A DNA stretch of 64,000 bases from Eledone cirrhosa (lineage: Eukaryota). A model generated the notes under the pieces. That model did not search any database. It saw only the letters and a list, made by a program, of their open reading frames with translations, and was not told the DNA's origin. The translations under genes were made by a program, and so were the position numbers. Positions 1 through 12,577 of the stretch are shown here, piece after piece (position 1 is the stretch's first letter; each line of letters begins with the position of its first letter). The stretch covers positions 24,304,001-24,368,000 of the forward strand of contig OZ024752.1 of NCBI GenBank assembly GCA_964016885.1. The letters run 5' to 3'.

Positions 1-1727
1 GATCTAGATGAAATGCAGTTTGGTTTTGTGTCAGGCAAAAGTACCACAGACGCTCTTTTGATTGTACGACAACTACAGGAGAAGTACCTAGCTAAAAGTA
101 AACCCCTATACTTAGCTTTTGTTGACTTGGAGAAAGCCTTCGACAGAGTCCCCCGGTGGATTCTTAGAAAACTAGGTTTTGACGAATGGCTTGTGAGAGC
201 TATACAAGCCATGTATAAAGAAACAGTCAGCAAGGTTAGAATTAACAACAAATATAGTGAAGAGTTTAGTGTAAAAGTTGGTGTTCATCAGGGTTCTGTT
301 CTTAGCCCCCTACTATTTATTATTGCCCTTCAGGCTATAACAGTGGAGTTCAAGACCGGCTGCCCATGGGAACTCCTATACGCAGATGATCTAACGCTCA
401 TAGCTGAATCAATGGCCGAGCTAGAGAAGAAATTCCAAACATGGAAGCATGGCCTAGAATCAAAAGGCCTTAAAATTAAGCTGGCTAAGACTAAAGTTCT
501 GGTTTGTAGGAAAGAAAATAAGGCGTCGTTCCCTTCCGGGAAATGTCCATGCTCAGTGTGTAGGAAAGGCGTAGATAGAAACTCCATTTTATGTCCCAAA
601 TGCAAAGTATGGGTGCATAAAAGATGTAGTGGGATCACAGGTAAGCTAACTAAGAACATAGGTTTTACATGTGGCCGGTGCTCTGGTGCAATAAGTAGCA
701 GCAAGTGCCCACAAAATACTAGCTCTTTCAATTGCGCAGATGGTTCTATAGAAATAGTGGACAGCTTCCGTTACCTGGGTGACAAAATCAGCAGTGGGGG
801 AGGGTGCTCTGAAAGTACAGTAGATAGAGTCAGAACTGGATGGAAAAAGTTCAGAGAGCTTATACCACTATTAGCCGCTAAAGGGTTCTCCCTAAAAATG
901 AAAGGCAGGTTGTATGATTCCTGCATACGAACAGCAATGTTGCATGACAGTGATACCTGGGCATTGTGTGCAGAGGATATACGTAGACTAGAGAGGAACG
1001 AAGCTTGCATGCTTCGCTGGATGTGTAATAGTAGTATACGTGAACGGCAAAGCATAAACGAACTAAGGAAAAAATTAGAAATAAGAGGGATCAGATGTTG
1101 TTTACTCGAGAGAAGGCTACGTTGGTATGGTCACGTGATGCGCATGAAAGACGACAGCTGTATAACAAAGTGCAGGGCAATAAAGATAGACGGTAGCCAC
1201 GGAGTAGGCAGACCCAGAAAAACCTGGGACGAGCTGATAAATTCCGACCTCACACACTTACACCTCTCCAAGACAATGTCGCTGGACCGAGACCTTTGGC
1301 GGTACTCAGTAATAGAGAAGACCCGTCTTACCTAAATACAAAGTAAAACCTACTACAGTCAGTAGGCATCTCTAACAAAATACACCTCCGTCCCACCACC
1401 CCCACCCCATCCACACCGCCCCTTCCAATGTAAAGTTATGTTGGTGCCACAACACCCAGGCCGAAACAAATGAGATCGTGTAGGTGTCACGACAAAAAAA
1501 CACACAATCCACGCTGTAATGTGGCCGTGTAGGTAACACGGTAAAAACCTTCCAGCCCCACACTGTAAATGTGGTTGGTGTTAGGAAGGGCAACCAGCTG
1601 TAGAAAACCCGCCAGACAGTCCTATGCGAGCAAGACAATCACTCTTGCCTCAAGTGGGAAAACTACCGTCCAAACCTATGCAAGCGTGGAACACGGACAT
1701 TAAACGTTGATGATGATGTTGATGATG

Positions 1728-1729
<2 letters not shown>
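1..1729 (+). mobile_element. RTE/RTEX-clade non-LTR retrotransposon, 3' part (runs off window start), with 3' UTR and (TGA)n tail ending in (TA)n
   Basis: RT ORF followed by ~370-bp 3' UTR ending ggacattaaacgttgatgatgatgttgatgatga, a short-tandem-repeat tail typical of RTE-clade elements. Confidence 0.85.
13..1335 (+). CDS. RTE-type reverse transcriptase (C-terminal part of ORF) with inserted PHD-like Cys/His finger
   Basis: Motifs QFGF, FVDLEKAFDRV, GVHQGSVLSPLLF, LLYADDL, FRYLG, RLRWYGHVMR, GRPRKTW; CxxC..CxxC..HxxC..CxxC insert at ~550-681. Confidence 0.9.
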   Translation: MQFGFVSGKSTTDALLIVRQLQEKYLAKSKPLYLAFVDLEKAFDRVPRWILRKLGFDEWLVRAIQAMYKETVSKVRINNKYSEEFSVKVGVHQGSVLSPLLFIIALQAITVEFKTGCPWELLYADDLTLIAESMAELEKKFQTWKHGLESKGLKIKLAKTKVLVCRKENKASFPSGKCPCSVCRKGVDRNSILCPKCKVWVHKRCSGITGKLTKNIGFTCGRCSGAISSSKCPQNTSSFNCADGSIEIVDSFRYLGDKISSGGGCSESTVDRVRTGWKKFRELIPLLAAKGFSLKMKGRLYDSCIRTAMLHDSDTWALCAEDIRRLERNEACMLRWMCNSSIRERQSINELRKKLEIRGIRCCLLERRLRWYGHVMRMKDDSCITKCRAIKIDGSHGVGRPRKTWDELINSDLTHLHLSKTMSLDRDLWRYSVIEKTRLT

Positions 1730-1825
<96 letters not shown>

Positions 1826-1874
1826 ATATATATATATATTTATGTATATATGTATATATGTATATATATATATT

Positions 1875-1984
<110 letters not shown>

Positions 1985-1988
1985 CATG

Positions 1989-2539
1989 TGTCCCATGGTC
2001 GGGTCGTTGGCGACTAAACTGGCAACCCCACCAAGGTTTCTTGGTGAGGAGGGTGACTTTGGACATCCTGCAGGACTAAAAACAAAACCTGTCAAAGGGC
2101 AAAGGAGCTCTTAAGAGTCAATGGCCATCCAAAATCACCGGGAGAGAAGACCCCTTAGCCTTTGTCAAGGCAGAATTCTGGGAGAAGGAAAACTCTGATA
2201 TAACACCTGCAACTCTGATGGTATCCAATGATGTTGACTTGTTCTTCTTTTTGGTAAATATCATCTTGGTTATGAGAGTGGGACTGGCTTTGTGCAGTGC
2301 CTTTGGTCACTATAAAAGCTTCACGGCACAAGCATTGCTTTATATCTGGAGATCTCTCTGCACTTGTCGTCACATGGTATCATGGGCCCAGCACTATGTG
2401 TCAATAATTGTCACAGGTGTAGTGTTTGTACTAGAGTTTTCAAGTCGCTGGCTAGACTAAAAAGTCACACTCGTTCAGCGCATTCTCCTACATGGATATA
2501 AAATAGTGGCCGTACTCGAAAACGAGTTGGCAGCCACCA
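1989..2539. mobile_element. Non-autonomous ~600-bp dispersed repeat (copy 1), RTE 5'UTR-like segment plus terminal hairpin, inserted in (TA)n
   Basis: Highly similar to 48931-49540 with the same right end (gcagccacca); contains ggagaaggaaaactctga, reminiscent of RTE 5' UTRs; ends in hairpin agtggcc..actcg-aaaa-cgagt..agccacc. Confidence 0.65.
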
Positions 2540-2541
2540 TA

Positions 2542-2647
<106 letters not shown>

Positions 2648-2705
2648 AATATATATATATATACATATATACATAAATAATATATATATATATATATATA
2701 TACAT

Positions 2706-2736
<31 letters not shown>

Positions 2737-2765
2737 CATACATAATATATATACATATATATATA

Positions 2766-2824
<59 letters not shown>

Positions 2825-2916
2825 ACGAAGGAAATGTGGTAAGGAACCAGGTGGACCATAACGCACCAAAGTACTCAATACTTAGGGTAGTAGAGTGGGT
2901 AATAGGAACAAGTAAG

Positions 2917-3010
2917 ACCCCGACGGCTGAGTTCAAGCCGTTTCGACGGCTAATTCTGGACTGAATGAAAATTTATTCTGGTATTTAAATAGCCGAGCTT
3001 ATCAAGGGGT
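2917..3010 (-). ncRNA. Type I hammerhead ribozyme, U3-A8 variant (family A)
   Basis: Reverse complement of the motif at 4855-4948. Confidence 0.7.
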
Positions 3011-4068
3011 AATTCCATATATGGTCAAAGAGACAATCACCAGGATTGGTCACATCACAAGTTAGTAGTAAATCGGTGATGGCAAATTGGTGGGGAAAGG
3101 GGTAGCTAAACCTGCCGGTAGGAGAAAAAGGGGGAGGGGCTGGAGTAGACCCATTCATGCGTTGGTAGTGCCGGCTACAGCTGGGCGTGAGGTCAAATGG
3201 AGACTGGGGAGGGGGAGGGGGAGGAATTCGAAACGGTAAATAGAACAATGAGGGGTAAAACTATAAACAGTACTGAGAGAGAAAAAAAATAAGCAAAGTC
3301 TGGTCACGAAGACTTAAGTCTCTCGCTATTGCTAGGCTAAAGAAATACATAAATAAATAAATAAACAAATAAGTGAATAAAAGAATAGATAAATATATTT
3401 AAAAATATATATAATGAAGAATAAAATACTAAAGAGACTGCCACGAAATAATAAAGGTTTCTACCCCAATCACAGGGCCAGCAACCACCCAGTGCAAGAA
3501 AGTAAACTAGTACGAGAATATAATTTAGGGTCCCGCAAAAAAATACTAGTGCTAACTCTAAGGGTACCGCCACGAAACGAAACGTCTTATACACTCTACA
3601 TGAAAGATCGTACGAAGTAAAAGTAAAGAACGGAAAATTAATACAGAACCCCCCCCCCCTCCCAAACAAACAAAAGGGAAAAAGAAGAAAGAAATACTGG
3701 ATAAACGAGAAATTAAAGCAAAGATGCCACTAAGAAATATAGAAGGCACGGTAAAAAGGGACAGCGGTCGGAGAAGGGGGCAAGTATCCGAAGTCTAACA
3801 CCTCTGCTATAAAAAGCGGAGTCAGCCAAATCTATCATAGAATAGGGGAAGGGGGTAGGGGTGTTGAAGCTACAAGGGACCGAGGGGCTACCTCGGGTGG
3901 GCGAGTAAAAGACGACGACAAAGAAAAGGAACTGGGGTAGAAGGACTAGGGAGGGATGGGGTAAGAAGGAAATATAGAGGAAGTGATAAAAGAATGTAAA
4001 AGATCTTACGTCTCCATTGGCAAGTAGGGGTTACCCAATACAAAATATGCAAGTGGGGTGTTATAGCC

Positions 4069-4753
4069 TTAGTCTACCCCCCCCCCCCCCGGGTCATTAT
4101 GGGGTTTGAGAGCGAGGTAAGTCCTACGTAATCGGTGTTTACATGCAGTAACCAGTTCATCTTTCTTGTTTAGGAGTTGGGCCGTCGAAAACAGCATTTG
4201 TAAAGTTTCCTCCGAGCATAAATTGCACGGACGGCGTCCTCCCGTGTAAGAGTTGGCTCTGGACAGTAATTTCCAAGTGAGATCATAGTTGATGCTGTTG
4301 TCCTTGAGGTCCCATATGTGGCCCGAAAGTGTAGTGGCGTGACGCCGGGCCGGGTTTCGGAAGGTATGTCTGTGTTGGTATAGCCGGGTCTTGAAGTCAC
4401 ATGCGGTTAATCCTATATAAGCTTTGTTGGAGGTGTCCGTGCTCACGTTGCACTGGTAGATCACATTACGGTCTCTGCATCTGTTGTCGAGGGGGCAACT
4501 GGATCTATCAGGACAATTGCACCTCCTCGTCGGCTCTCCACTGCTATTTGGGTTGTTTCTTCCATCGGGGTTGAGTTTTTTGTTGTTGGAGGAGACGATG
4601 TTTTGTGCGAAGTTAGGTGTAGTGTGGTAAGAGAGTTTGATGGTATTTTGGTTAATTATGTTGTGGTAGCGGTGTTGTGGTGGGAAGTGTTTTTCAATGA
4701 GCCTAAAGAAAATTTTCCCGATGGGAGTTGTCACCTCGGCGTTGTGGGGAGGA
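4069..4753 (-). pseudogene. 5'-truncated PLE A fragment (linker, Cys-rich knuckle, GIY-YIG endonuclease)
   Basis: CNCPDRSSCPLDNRC, VIYQC..YIGLT, FKTRLYQH, CNLCSEE; near-identical to C-terminus of 5762-7279. Confidence 0.88.
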
Positions 4754-4854
4754 TTTTATAGCAGAGGTGTTAGACTTCGGATACTTGCCCCTTCTCCGAC
4801 CGCTGTCCCTTTTTTCCGTGCCCTCTATATTTCTCTTTGACCATATATGGAATT

Positions 4855-4948
4855 ACCCCTTGATAAGCTCGGCTATTTAAATACCAGAATAAATTTTCAT
4901 TCAGTCCAGAATTAGCCGTCGAAACGGCTTGAGCTCAGCCGTCGGGGT
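4855..4948 (+). ncRNA. Type I hammerhead ribozyme, U3-A8 variant (family A, 5' pLTR)
   Basis: acccc UUGAUAA gcucggcua..uagccguc GAAA cggcu-ugagcuc-agccg UC ggggu; stems I, II, III all pair; predicted cleavage after C4943. Confidence 0.75.
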
Positions 4949-5118
4949 CTTACTTGTGCCTATTACCCACTCTACTACCCTAAGTACGTTATGGTCCACC
5001 TGGTTCCTTACCACATTTCCTTCGTTATCTAGCTCCTATCCCCGTAGTAGAGCACTTTCCGACCCTACCACGCTGTATCCAGACTTTTCCGCTAAGCCCA
5101 ATTTCTTTCACCCGCACC

Positions 5119-7279
5119 ATGCGAAAACACAACATCGACTTCTCTACCAAGAACATCCCAATCCCACCGAAAAAACTTTACCTTCGGATGCTCACGCAAA
5201 AAATCGATCTATTTGCGAAAAGACTTAGATGGAGAACTTTTTTCTACGACAGATTTTGCGACAATCAGGACTTCGGTACCAAGGAGAGATTCGGATTTAT
5301 TACCTACAAATCTCCCCCCAGAACCCTTTGCTCTCACCCTTCGAGAATGACCTCTTCCAAATGGTCAAGAACCTTAAATTCAAACCCAGGCACAACCGAT
5401 TCCTACAAAAACTCCGTAGCAACTTAACAGAGTATGATAACACCAATGACATCATGGTGCATTCGGATAAAACTGGGAACCTATACTTTGTCAACCCCGA
5501 CAGATACCACACACTGATCAGGAGCAGCATAAACTCCACCTAAAAAAGGCTAACCACTCATGCATCGAGGACATTAATCGAGATGAACAACAAATTACCT
5601 CCAGCCTCGGGGTCGCTGACCGCACCGAACCCCTAGACCCACGGACACCATACTTCACACTGAAGGACCACAAATCCGATTTCGACCGTAAACCATCTAT
5701 CAGGCTTATAAACCCAACGAAGTCCGACATAAGGAGAATCAGCAAAAAAATCCTAGACCGCGTGATACCAAAAGTCAAGCAACACGCCCGACTTAGCCTA
5801 TGGATCAACACCCAGGAAGTTATTTCATGGTTCAGCAATATGGAGGATAAACGGGACACTAAATTTATCCAGTTCGACATAGAGAGCTACTATGCTTCAA
5901 TCACCTTACCCCTACTTACTGCCGCCTTGGACTTCGCCGAAGCACTTGTGCCCATCACCGACCAGGAAAGAAAAATCATCCTTCACGCCAGGAAGACAGT
6001 CTTACTCTTTGACAACTCCAAATGGATAAAAAGAGCTCCCGACTCACCCTTCGACGTCAGCATGGGCGCGACGGATTCGGCGGAGGTCACAGATCTTATA
6101 GGATTATTCCTTATAGTCAAACTCACCGATATGTTTCCTGCTTTCGGTGGTGGTTTGTACCGTGATGATGGGCTCCTTACCCTTAAAGGGTACAACCCCA
6201 GTAGTACAGATCGGGTCCGTAAACAATTAATCAGCTTCTTCCGCGACTGGGGATTTAAAATAACCCTACAAACGTCCCTGACCCGAGTTAATTTCCTGGA
6301 CGTTACCCTTGATCTTAATAATGACCTGTACTACCCATACAGGAAACCCAATGACAACCTGCACTACATCCACCGCCGATCTAACCATCCTAGGAACATC
6401 ACCAACAACCTGGTCAAAAATATCTCCCTCCGCATATCCCGTTTGTCAGCTAATGAGAAGATATTCGATGAACATGCGCCTTACTACAACCAGGCCCTCA
6501 GGCGGAGTGGTTTCCGGGAGGAAATATCCTACTGTCCAGCTCCCATTAGCGGAACCAGCAGGCGACTCCGCCGCTCACGCAATGTAACATGGTTCAATCC
6601 TCCCCACAACGCCGAGGTGACAACTCCCATCATGAACATTTTCTTTAGGCTCATTGAAAAACACTTCCCACCACAACACCGCTACCACAACATAATTAAC
6701 CAAAATACCATCAAACTCTCTTACAGCACTACACATAACTTCGCACAAAACATCGTCTCCTCCAGCAACAAAAAACTCAACCCCGATGGAAAAAACAACC
6801 CAAATAGCAGTGGAGAGCCGACGAGGAGATGCAATTGTCCTGATAGATCCAGTTGCCCCCTCGACAACAGATGCAGATACCGTAATGTGATCTACCAGTG
6901 CAACGTGAGCACGGACACCTCCAACAAAGCTTATATAGGATTAACCGCATGTGACTTCAAGACCCGGCTATACCAACACAGACATACCTTCCGAAACCCG
7001 GCCCGGCGTCACGCCACTACACTTTCGGGCCACATATGGGACCTCAAGGACAACAACATCAACTATGATCTCACTTGGAAATTACTGTCCAGAGCCAACT
7101 CTTACACGGGAGGACGCCGTCCGTGCAATTTATGCTCGGAGGAAACTTTACAAATGTTGTTTTCGACGGCCCAACTCCTAAACAAGAAAGATGAACTGGT
7201 TACTGCATGTAAACACCGATTACGTAGGACTTACCTCTCCCTCAAACCCCATAATGACCCGGGAGGGGAGGGGGGGTAG
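5119..7279 (+). pseudogene. PLE A RT + GIY-YIG polyprotein, disrupted twice (~5310 and ~5543)
   Basis: Pieces 5119-5427 (STKNIPIP..RLRWR), 5229-5543, 5762-7279 (FDIESYY, MGATDSAEVTDLIG, YRDDGL, NFLDVTL, GIY-YIG) are collinear with the intact ORF at 54214-56676. Confidence 0.9.
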
Positions 7280-8352
7280 ACTAGGGTTATAACACCCCAC
7301 TTGCCTATTTTGTATTGGGTAACCCCTGCTTGCCAATGGAGACGTAAGATCTTTTACATTCTTTTATCGCTTCCTCTATATTTCCTTCTTCCCCCCCCCC
7401 CCATCCCTCCCTAGTCCTTCTACCCCAGTTCCTTTTCTTTGTCGTCGTCTTTTACTCGCCCACCCGAGGTAGCCCTTCGGTCCCTTGTAGCTTCAACACC
7501 CCTACCCCCTTCCCCTATTCTATGATAGATTTGGCTGACTCCGCTTTTTATAGCAGAGGTGTTAGACTTCGGATACTTGCCCCCTTCTCCGACCGCTGTC
7601 CCTTTTTACCGTGCCTTCTATATTTCTTAGTGGCATCTTTGCTTTAATTTCTCGTTTATCCAGTATTTCTTTCTTCTTTTTCCCTTTTGTTTGGGAGGGG
7701 GGGGGGGGGGGTGTTTCTGTATTAATTTTCCGTTCTTTACTTTTACCTCGTACGATCTTTCATGTAGCGTGTATAAGACTTTTCGTTTCGTGGCGGTACC
7801 CTTAGAGTTAGCACTAGTATTTTTTTGCGGGACCCTAAATTATATTCTCGTGCTAGTTTACTTTCTTGCACTGGGTGGTTGCTGGCCCTGTGATTGGGGT
7901 AGAAACCTTTATTATTTCGTGGCAGTCTCTTTAGTATTTTATTCTTCATTATATATATTTTTAAATATATTTATCTATTCTTTTATTCACTTATTTGTTT
8001 ATTTATTTATTTATGTATTTCTTTAGCCTAGCAATAGCGAGAGACTTAAGTCTTCGTGACCAGACTTTGCTTATTTTTTTTCTCTCTCAGTACTGTTTAT
8101 AGTTTTACCCCTCATTGTTCTACTTACCGTTTCGAATTCCTCCCCCTCCCCCTCCCCAGTCTCCATTTGACCTCACGCCCAGCTGTAGCCGGCACTACCA
8201 ACGCATGAATGGGTCTACTCCAGCCCCTCCCCCTTTTTCTCCTACCGGCAGGTTTAGCTACCCCTTTCCCCACCAATTTGCCATCACCGATTTACTACTA
8301 ACTTGTGATGTGACCAATCCTGGTGATTGTCTCTTTGACCATATATGGAATT

Positions 8353-8446
8353 ACCCCTTGATAAGCTCGGCTATTTAAATACCAGAATAAATTTTCATTC
8401 AGTCCAGAATTAGCCGTCGAAACGGCTTGAGCTCAGCCGTCGGGGT
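8353..8446 (+). ncRNA. Type I hammerhead ribozyme, U3-A8 variant (family A, 3' pLTR)
   Basis: Identical to 4855-4948; offset 3498 bp. Confidence 0.75.
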
Positions 8447-8458
8447 CTTACTTATTCC

Positions 8459-8498
<40 letters not shown>

Positions 8499-8507
8499 CA
8501 TATATAA

Positions 8508-8654
<147 letters not shown>

Positions 8655-8741
8655 CATACATATATATATATATATATACACATATATATATACATATATA
8701 TATAATACATATATATATATATATATATATGAACCAGTAAG

Positions 8742-8835
8742 GCCCCGACAGCTGAGCTCAAGCTGTTTCGACGGCTAATTCTGGACTAAATGAAAATTTA
8801 TCCTGGTATTTAAATAGCCGATCTTCTCAAGGGGT
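8742..8835 (-). ncRNA. Type I hammerhead ribozyme, U3-A8 variant (A2)
   Basis: Minus strand: acccc UUGAGAA gaucggcua..uagccguc GAAA cagcu-ugagcuc-agcug UC ggggc; stem III A-U replaces G-C of A1 (compensatory). Confidence 0.75.
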
Positions 8836-11800
8836 AATTCCATATATGGTCAAAGTGATTGTCAAAAATCAGTAGTAATTCTGTGGTTGCAAATTAGTAG
8901 GGGAGATTGTGGCTAAACCTGCCAGTGGGAGAAAGAGAGGAGGGGGTGGAGTAGACCCAATCAAGCGTTGGTAGTGCCAGCTACAGCTGGGCATGAGGTC
9001 AAAGAAGATACAGGGGAGGGGGAGGGGGAGGAAGTCGGAACGGTAGGTAGAACAATGGGGGGTAGAAATATATAGGAAAGAAAAAATACTGAGAGTGAAG
9101 AAAAGCAAATAAGTGTAAAGAAAAAAGTAAAGTAAATTAAATTCTACGACCTAGGTCTCTAGCTATTGTTAGGCTAGAATAAATAAATAAAGAAAGAAAG
9201 AAAGAAGTAAAGAAAGAAATAAAGAAATAACGAAATAAGTAAAAGAACTAGGTGGGACGGAATAGGCAAGGACCCTTTTAAGAGGTATAAGTACGTAAAT
9301 GATACGGTGACGGGTCAACAAAAGCGGCCAAAATACTAAAGAGACTACCACGAAATAAACAATAAAGGTTTCCATCCCGGGCACAATGCCAGCAACCACC
9401 CAGTGCAGCAAAGTGAACTAGTACGAGATAATAATTCTGAGTCCCGAGAAAAATATATACTAATGCTAACTCTAAAAGATCTAAAACAAGCTACAGGAAA
9501 GTTCGTACGAAGCAAAGGTAGAATACGGAAAAATAAATTCAGAATCCACCCCGCCCAAAAGAAAAGCGAAGAAAGAAATACTGAAACGAAAAAATAAGGC
9601 ATAAGTGCCACTAAGAAATATAGAGGGCACAGAGAATAGTGGGAGCGGTCGGAAAAAGGGGACAAGTATCCGGGGTCTAAACCAACTGCTATAAAGGGCG
9701 GAGTCCGCCAAATCTATCATATACTAGGGGAGGGGGTGGGGGTACTAAGGCTACAAGGGGCCAAAGGGCAGCCTCGGGTGGGCGAGAAAAGACGCCGACA
9801 AAGGAGAAGAGCTGGGGTAGAAGGACTAAGGAGAGAGGGGGGAAGGAAATAAAGGAAGCGATAAAAGAATACAAAGAAGATCTTACGTCTCCCTTGGCAA
9901 GCAGGGGTTACCCATTGCAAAATCGGCAAGTGGGGTGTTATAGCCCTAGTCTACCCCCCGGGTCATTATGGGGTTTGAGGGCGAGGTAAGTCCTACGCAA
10001 TCTATGTTTACATGCAGTAACCAGTTCATCTTTCTTGTTTAGGAGTTGGTCCGTCGAAAACAGCATTTGTAAAGTTTCCTCCGAGCATAAATTGCACGGA
10101 CGGCGTCCTCCCGTGTAAGAATTGGCTCTGGACAGTAATCTCCAAGTGAGATCATAGTTGATGTTGTTGTCCTTGAGGTCCCATATGTGGCCCGAAAGTG
10201 TAGTGGCGTGACGCCGGGCCGGGTTTCGGAAGGTATGTCTATGTTGGTATAGCCGGGTCTTGAAGTCACATGCGGTAAGTCCTATATAGGTTTTGTTGGA
10301 GGTATCCGTCCTCACGTTGCACTGGTAGATCACATTACGGTCTCTGCATCTATTGTCGAGTGGGCAAATAGATCTATCCGGGCAGTTACACCTCCTGGTC
10401 GGTTCTCCACTGCTATTTAGGTTATTTCTGCCATCGTGGTTGAGTTTTTTGTTGTTAGAGGAGACGATGTTTTGTGCGAAGTTTGGTGTAGTGCTGTAAG
10501 AGAGTTTGATGGTATTTTGGTTAATTATGTTGTGGTAGCGGATTTTTTTGCTGATTCTCCCTATGTCGGACTTCGTTGGGTTAATAAGCCTGATAACCTA
10601 AATAGCAGTGGAGAACCGACCAGGAGGTGTAACTGCCCGGATAGATCTATTTGCCCACTCGACAATAGATGCAGAGACCGTAATGTGATCTACCAGTGCA
10701 ACGTGAGCACGGATACCTCCAACAAAGCCTATATAGGACTTACCGCATGTGACTTCAAGACCCGGCTATACCAACATAGACATACCTTCCGAAACCCGGC
10801 CCGGCGTCACGCCACTACACTTTCGGGCCACATATGGGACCTCAAGGACAACAACATCACCTATGATCTCACTTGGAGATTACTGTCCAGAGCCAATTCT
10901 TACACGGGAGGACGCCGTCCGTGCAATTTATGCTCGGAGGAAACTTTACAAATGCTGTTTTCGACGGACCAACTCCTAAACAAGAAAGATGAACTGGTTA
11001 CTGCATGTAAACATAGATTGCGTAGGACTTACCTCGCCCTCAAACCCCATAATGACCCGGGGGGGTAGACTAGGGCTATAACACCCCACTTGCCGATTTT
11101 GCAATGGGTAACCCCTGCTTGCCAAGGGAGACGTAAGATCTTCTTTGTATTCTTTTATCGCTTCCTTTATTTCCTTCCCCCCTCTCTCCTTAGTCCTTCT
11201 ACCCCAGCTCTTCTCCTTTGTCGGCGTCTTTTCTCGCCCACCCGAGGCTGCCCTTTGGCCCCTTTAGCCTTAGTACCCCCACCCCCTCCCCTAGTCTATG
11301 ATAGATTTGGCGGACTCCGCCCTTTATAGCAGTTGGTTTAGACCCCGGATACTTGTCCCCTTTTTCCGACCGCTCCCACTATTCTCTGTGCCCTCTATAT
11401 TTCTTAGTGGCACTTATGCCTTATTTTTTCGTTTCAGTATTTCTTTCTTCGCTTTTCTTTTGGGCGGGGTGGATTCTGAATTTATTTTTCCGTATTCTAC
11501 CTTTGCTTCGTACGAACTTTCCTGTAGCTTGTTTTAGATCTTTTAGAGTTAGCATTAGTATATATTTTTCTCGGGACTCAGAATTATTATCTCGTACTAG
11601 TTCACTTTGCTGCACTGGGTGGTTGCTGGCATTGTGCCCGGGATGGAAACCTTTATTGTTTATTTCGTGGTAGTCTCTTTAGTATTTTGGCCGCTTTTGT
11701 TGACCCGTCACCGTATCATTTACGTACTTATACCTCTTAAAAGGGTCCTTGCCTATTCCGTCCCACCTAGTTCTTTTACTTATTTCGTTATTTCTTTATT

Positions 11801-12181
11801 TCTTTCTTTACTTCTTTCTTTCTTTCTTTATTTATTTATTCTAGCCTAACAATAGCTAGAGACCTAGGTCGTAGAATTTAATTTACTTTACTTTTTTCTT
11901 TACACTTATTTGCTTTTCTTCACTCTCAGTATTTTTTCTTTCCTATATATTTCTACCCCCCATTGTTCTACCTACCGTTCCGACTTCCTCCCCCTCCCCC
12001 TCCCCTGTATCTTCTTTGACCTCATGCCCAGCTGTAGCTGGCACTACCAACGCTTGATTGGGTCTACTCCACCCCTCCTCTCTTTCTCCTACTGGCAGGT
12101 TTAGCCACCATCTCCCCTACTAATTTGCAACCACAGAATTACTACTGATTTTTGACAATCACTTTGACCATATATGGAATT

Positions 12182-12275
12182 ACCCCTTGAGAAGATCGGC
12201 TATTTAAATACCAGGATAAATTTTCATTTAGTCCAGAATTCGCCGTCGAAACGGCTTGAGGTCAGCTGTCGGGGT
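12182..12275 (+). ncRNA. Type I hammerhead ribozyme, U3-A8 variant (A2)
   Basis: acccc UUGAGAA gaucggc..gccguc GAAA cggcu-ugagguc-agcug UC ggggu. Confidence 0.72.
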
Positions 12276-12495
12276 CTTACTGGTTCCTATTACCCACTCT
12301 ACTACCTCAAGTATCGAGTACTTTGGTGCGTTATGGTCCACCTGGTTCCTTACCACATTTCCTTCGTTACATATATATATATATTCGGTCCAGTTTACAT
12401 ACGGGTCACTTTTACGACCTTTCAGACCTTTATTAGCTGGCAGGAGGTTGTATATTTTGTCGTTCCTGGGACGTTTAGCCCTAGGATGGGAAAAT

Positions 12496-12577
12496 GCTTC
12501 TCTGATGAGCTTTGGTTTTCCATCATGAATCCATCGGATTTATGAGGTTTTACAAAGCGAAACTGATCAGTAAGGGC
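12496..12577 (+). ncRNA. Type I hammerhead ribozyme (485-bp unit, copy 1)
   Basis: gcuucu CUGAUGA gcuuug..(ucaugaaucc-auc-ggauuuauga)..caaagc GAAA cugaucag UA agggc; stem I weak (G-U rich). Confidence 0.8.

Larger units (their letters stand above)
2822..8460 (+). mobile_element. Penelope-like element family A, copy A1: inverted 3' arm (2822-4754, minus) + partial 5' pLTR + ORF + 3' pLTR
   Basis: 2822-4754 is the reverse complement of ~6596-8460 plus the pLTR end; HHR-containing segment directly repeated at ~4832-4960 and ~8330-8460; flanked by (TA)n. Confidence 0.92.
8731..12370. mobile_element. PLE family A subfamily A2: two 5'-truncated arms in inverted orientation (8731-~10540 minus; ~10593-12370 plus)
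   Basis: Near-perfect ~1.7-kb inverted repeat; GIY-YIG ORF remnants 9938-10333(-) and ~10593-11068(+); 3' UTR diverged from A1. Confidence 0.9.

Noticed and set aside
4832-4836. Spliced intron explaining the shorter 5' pLTR of A1
   Set aside because: Missing segment is not bounded by GT-AG on either strand; microhomology deletion fits better
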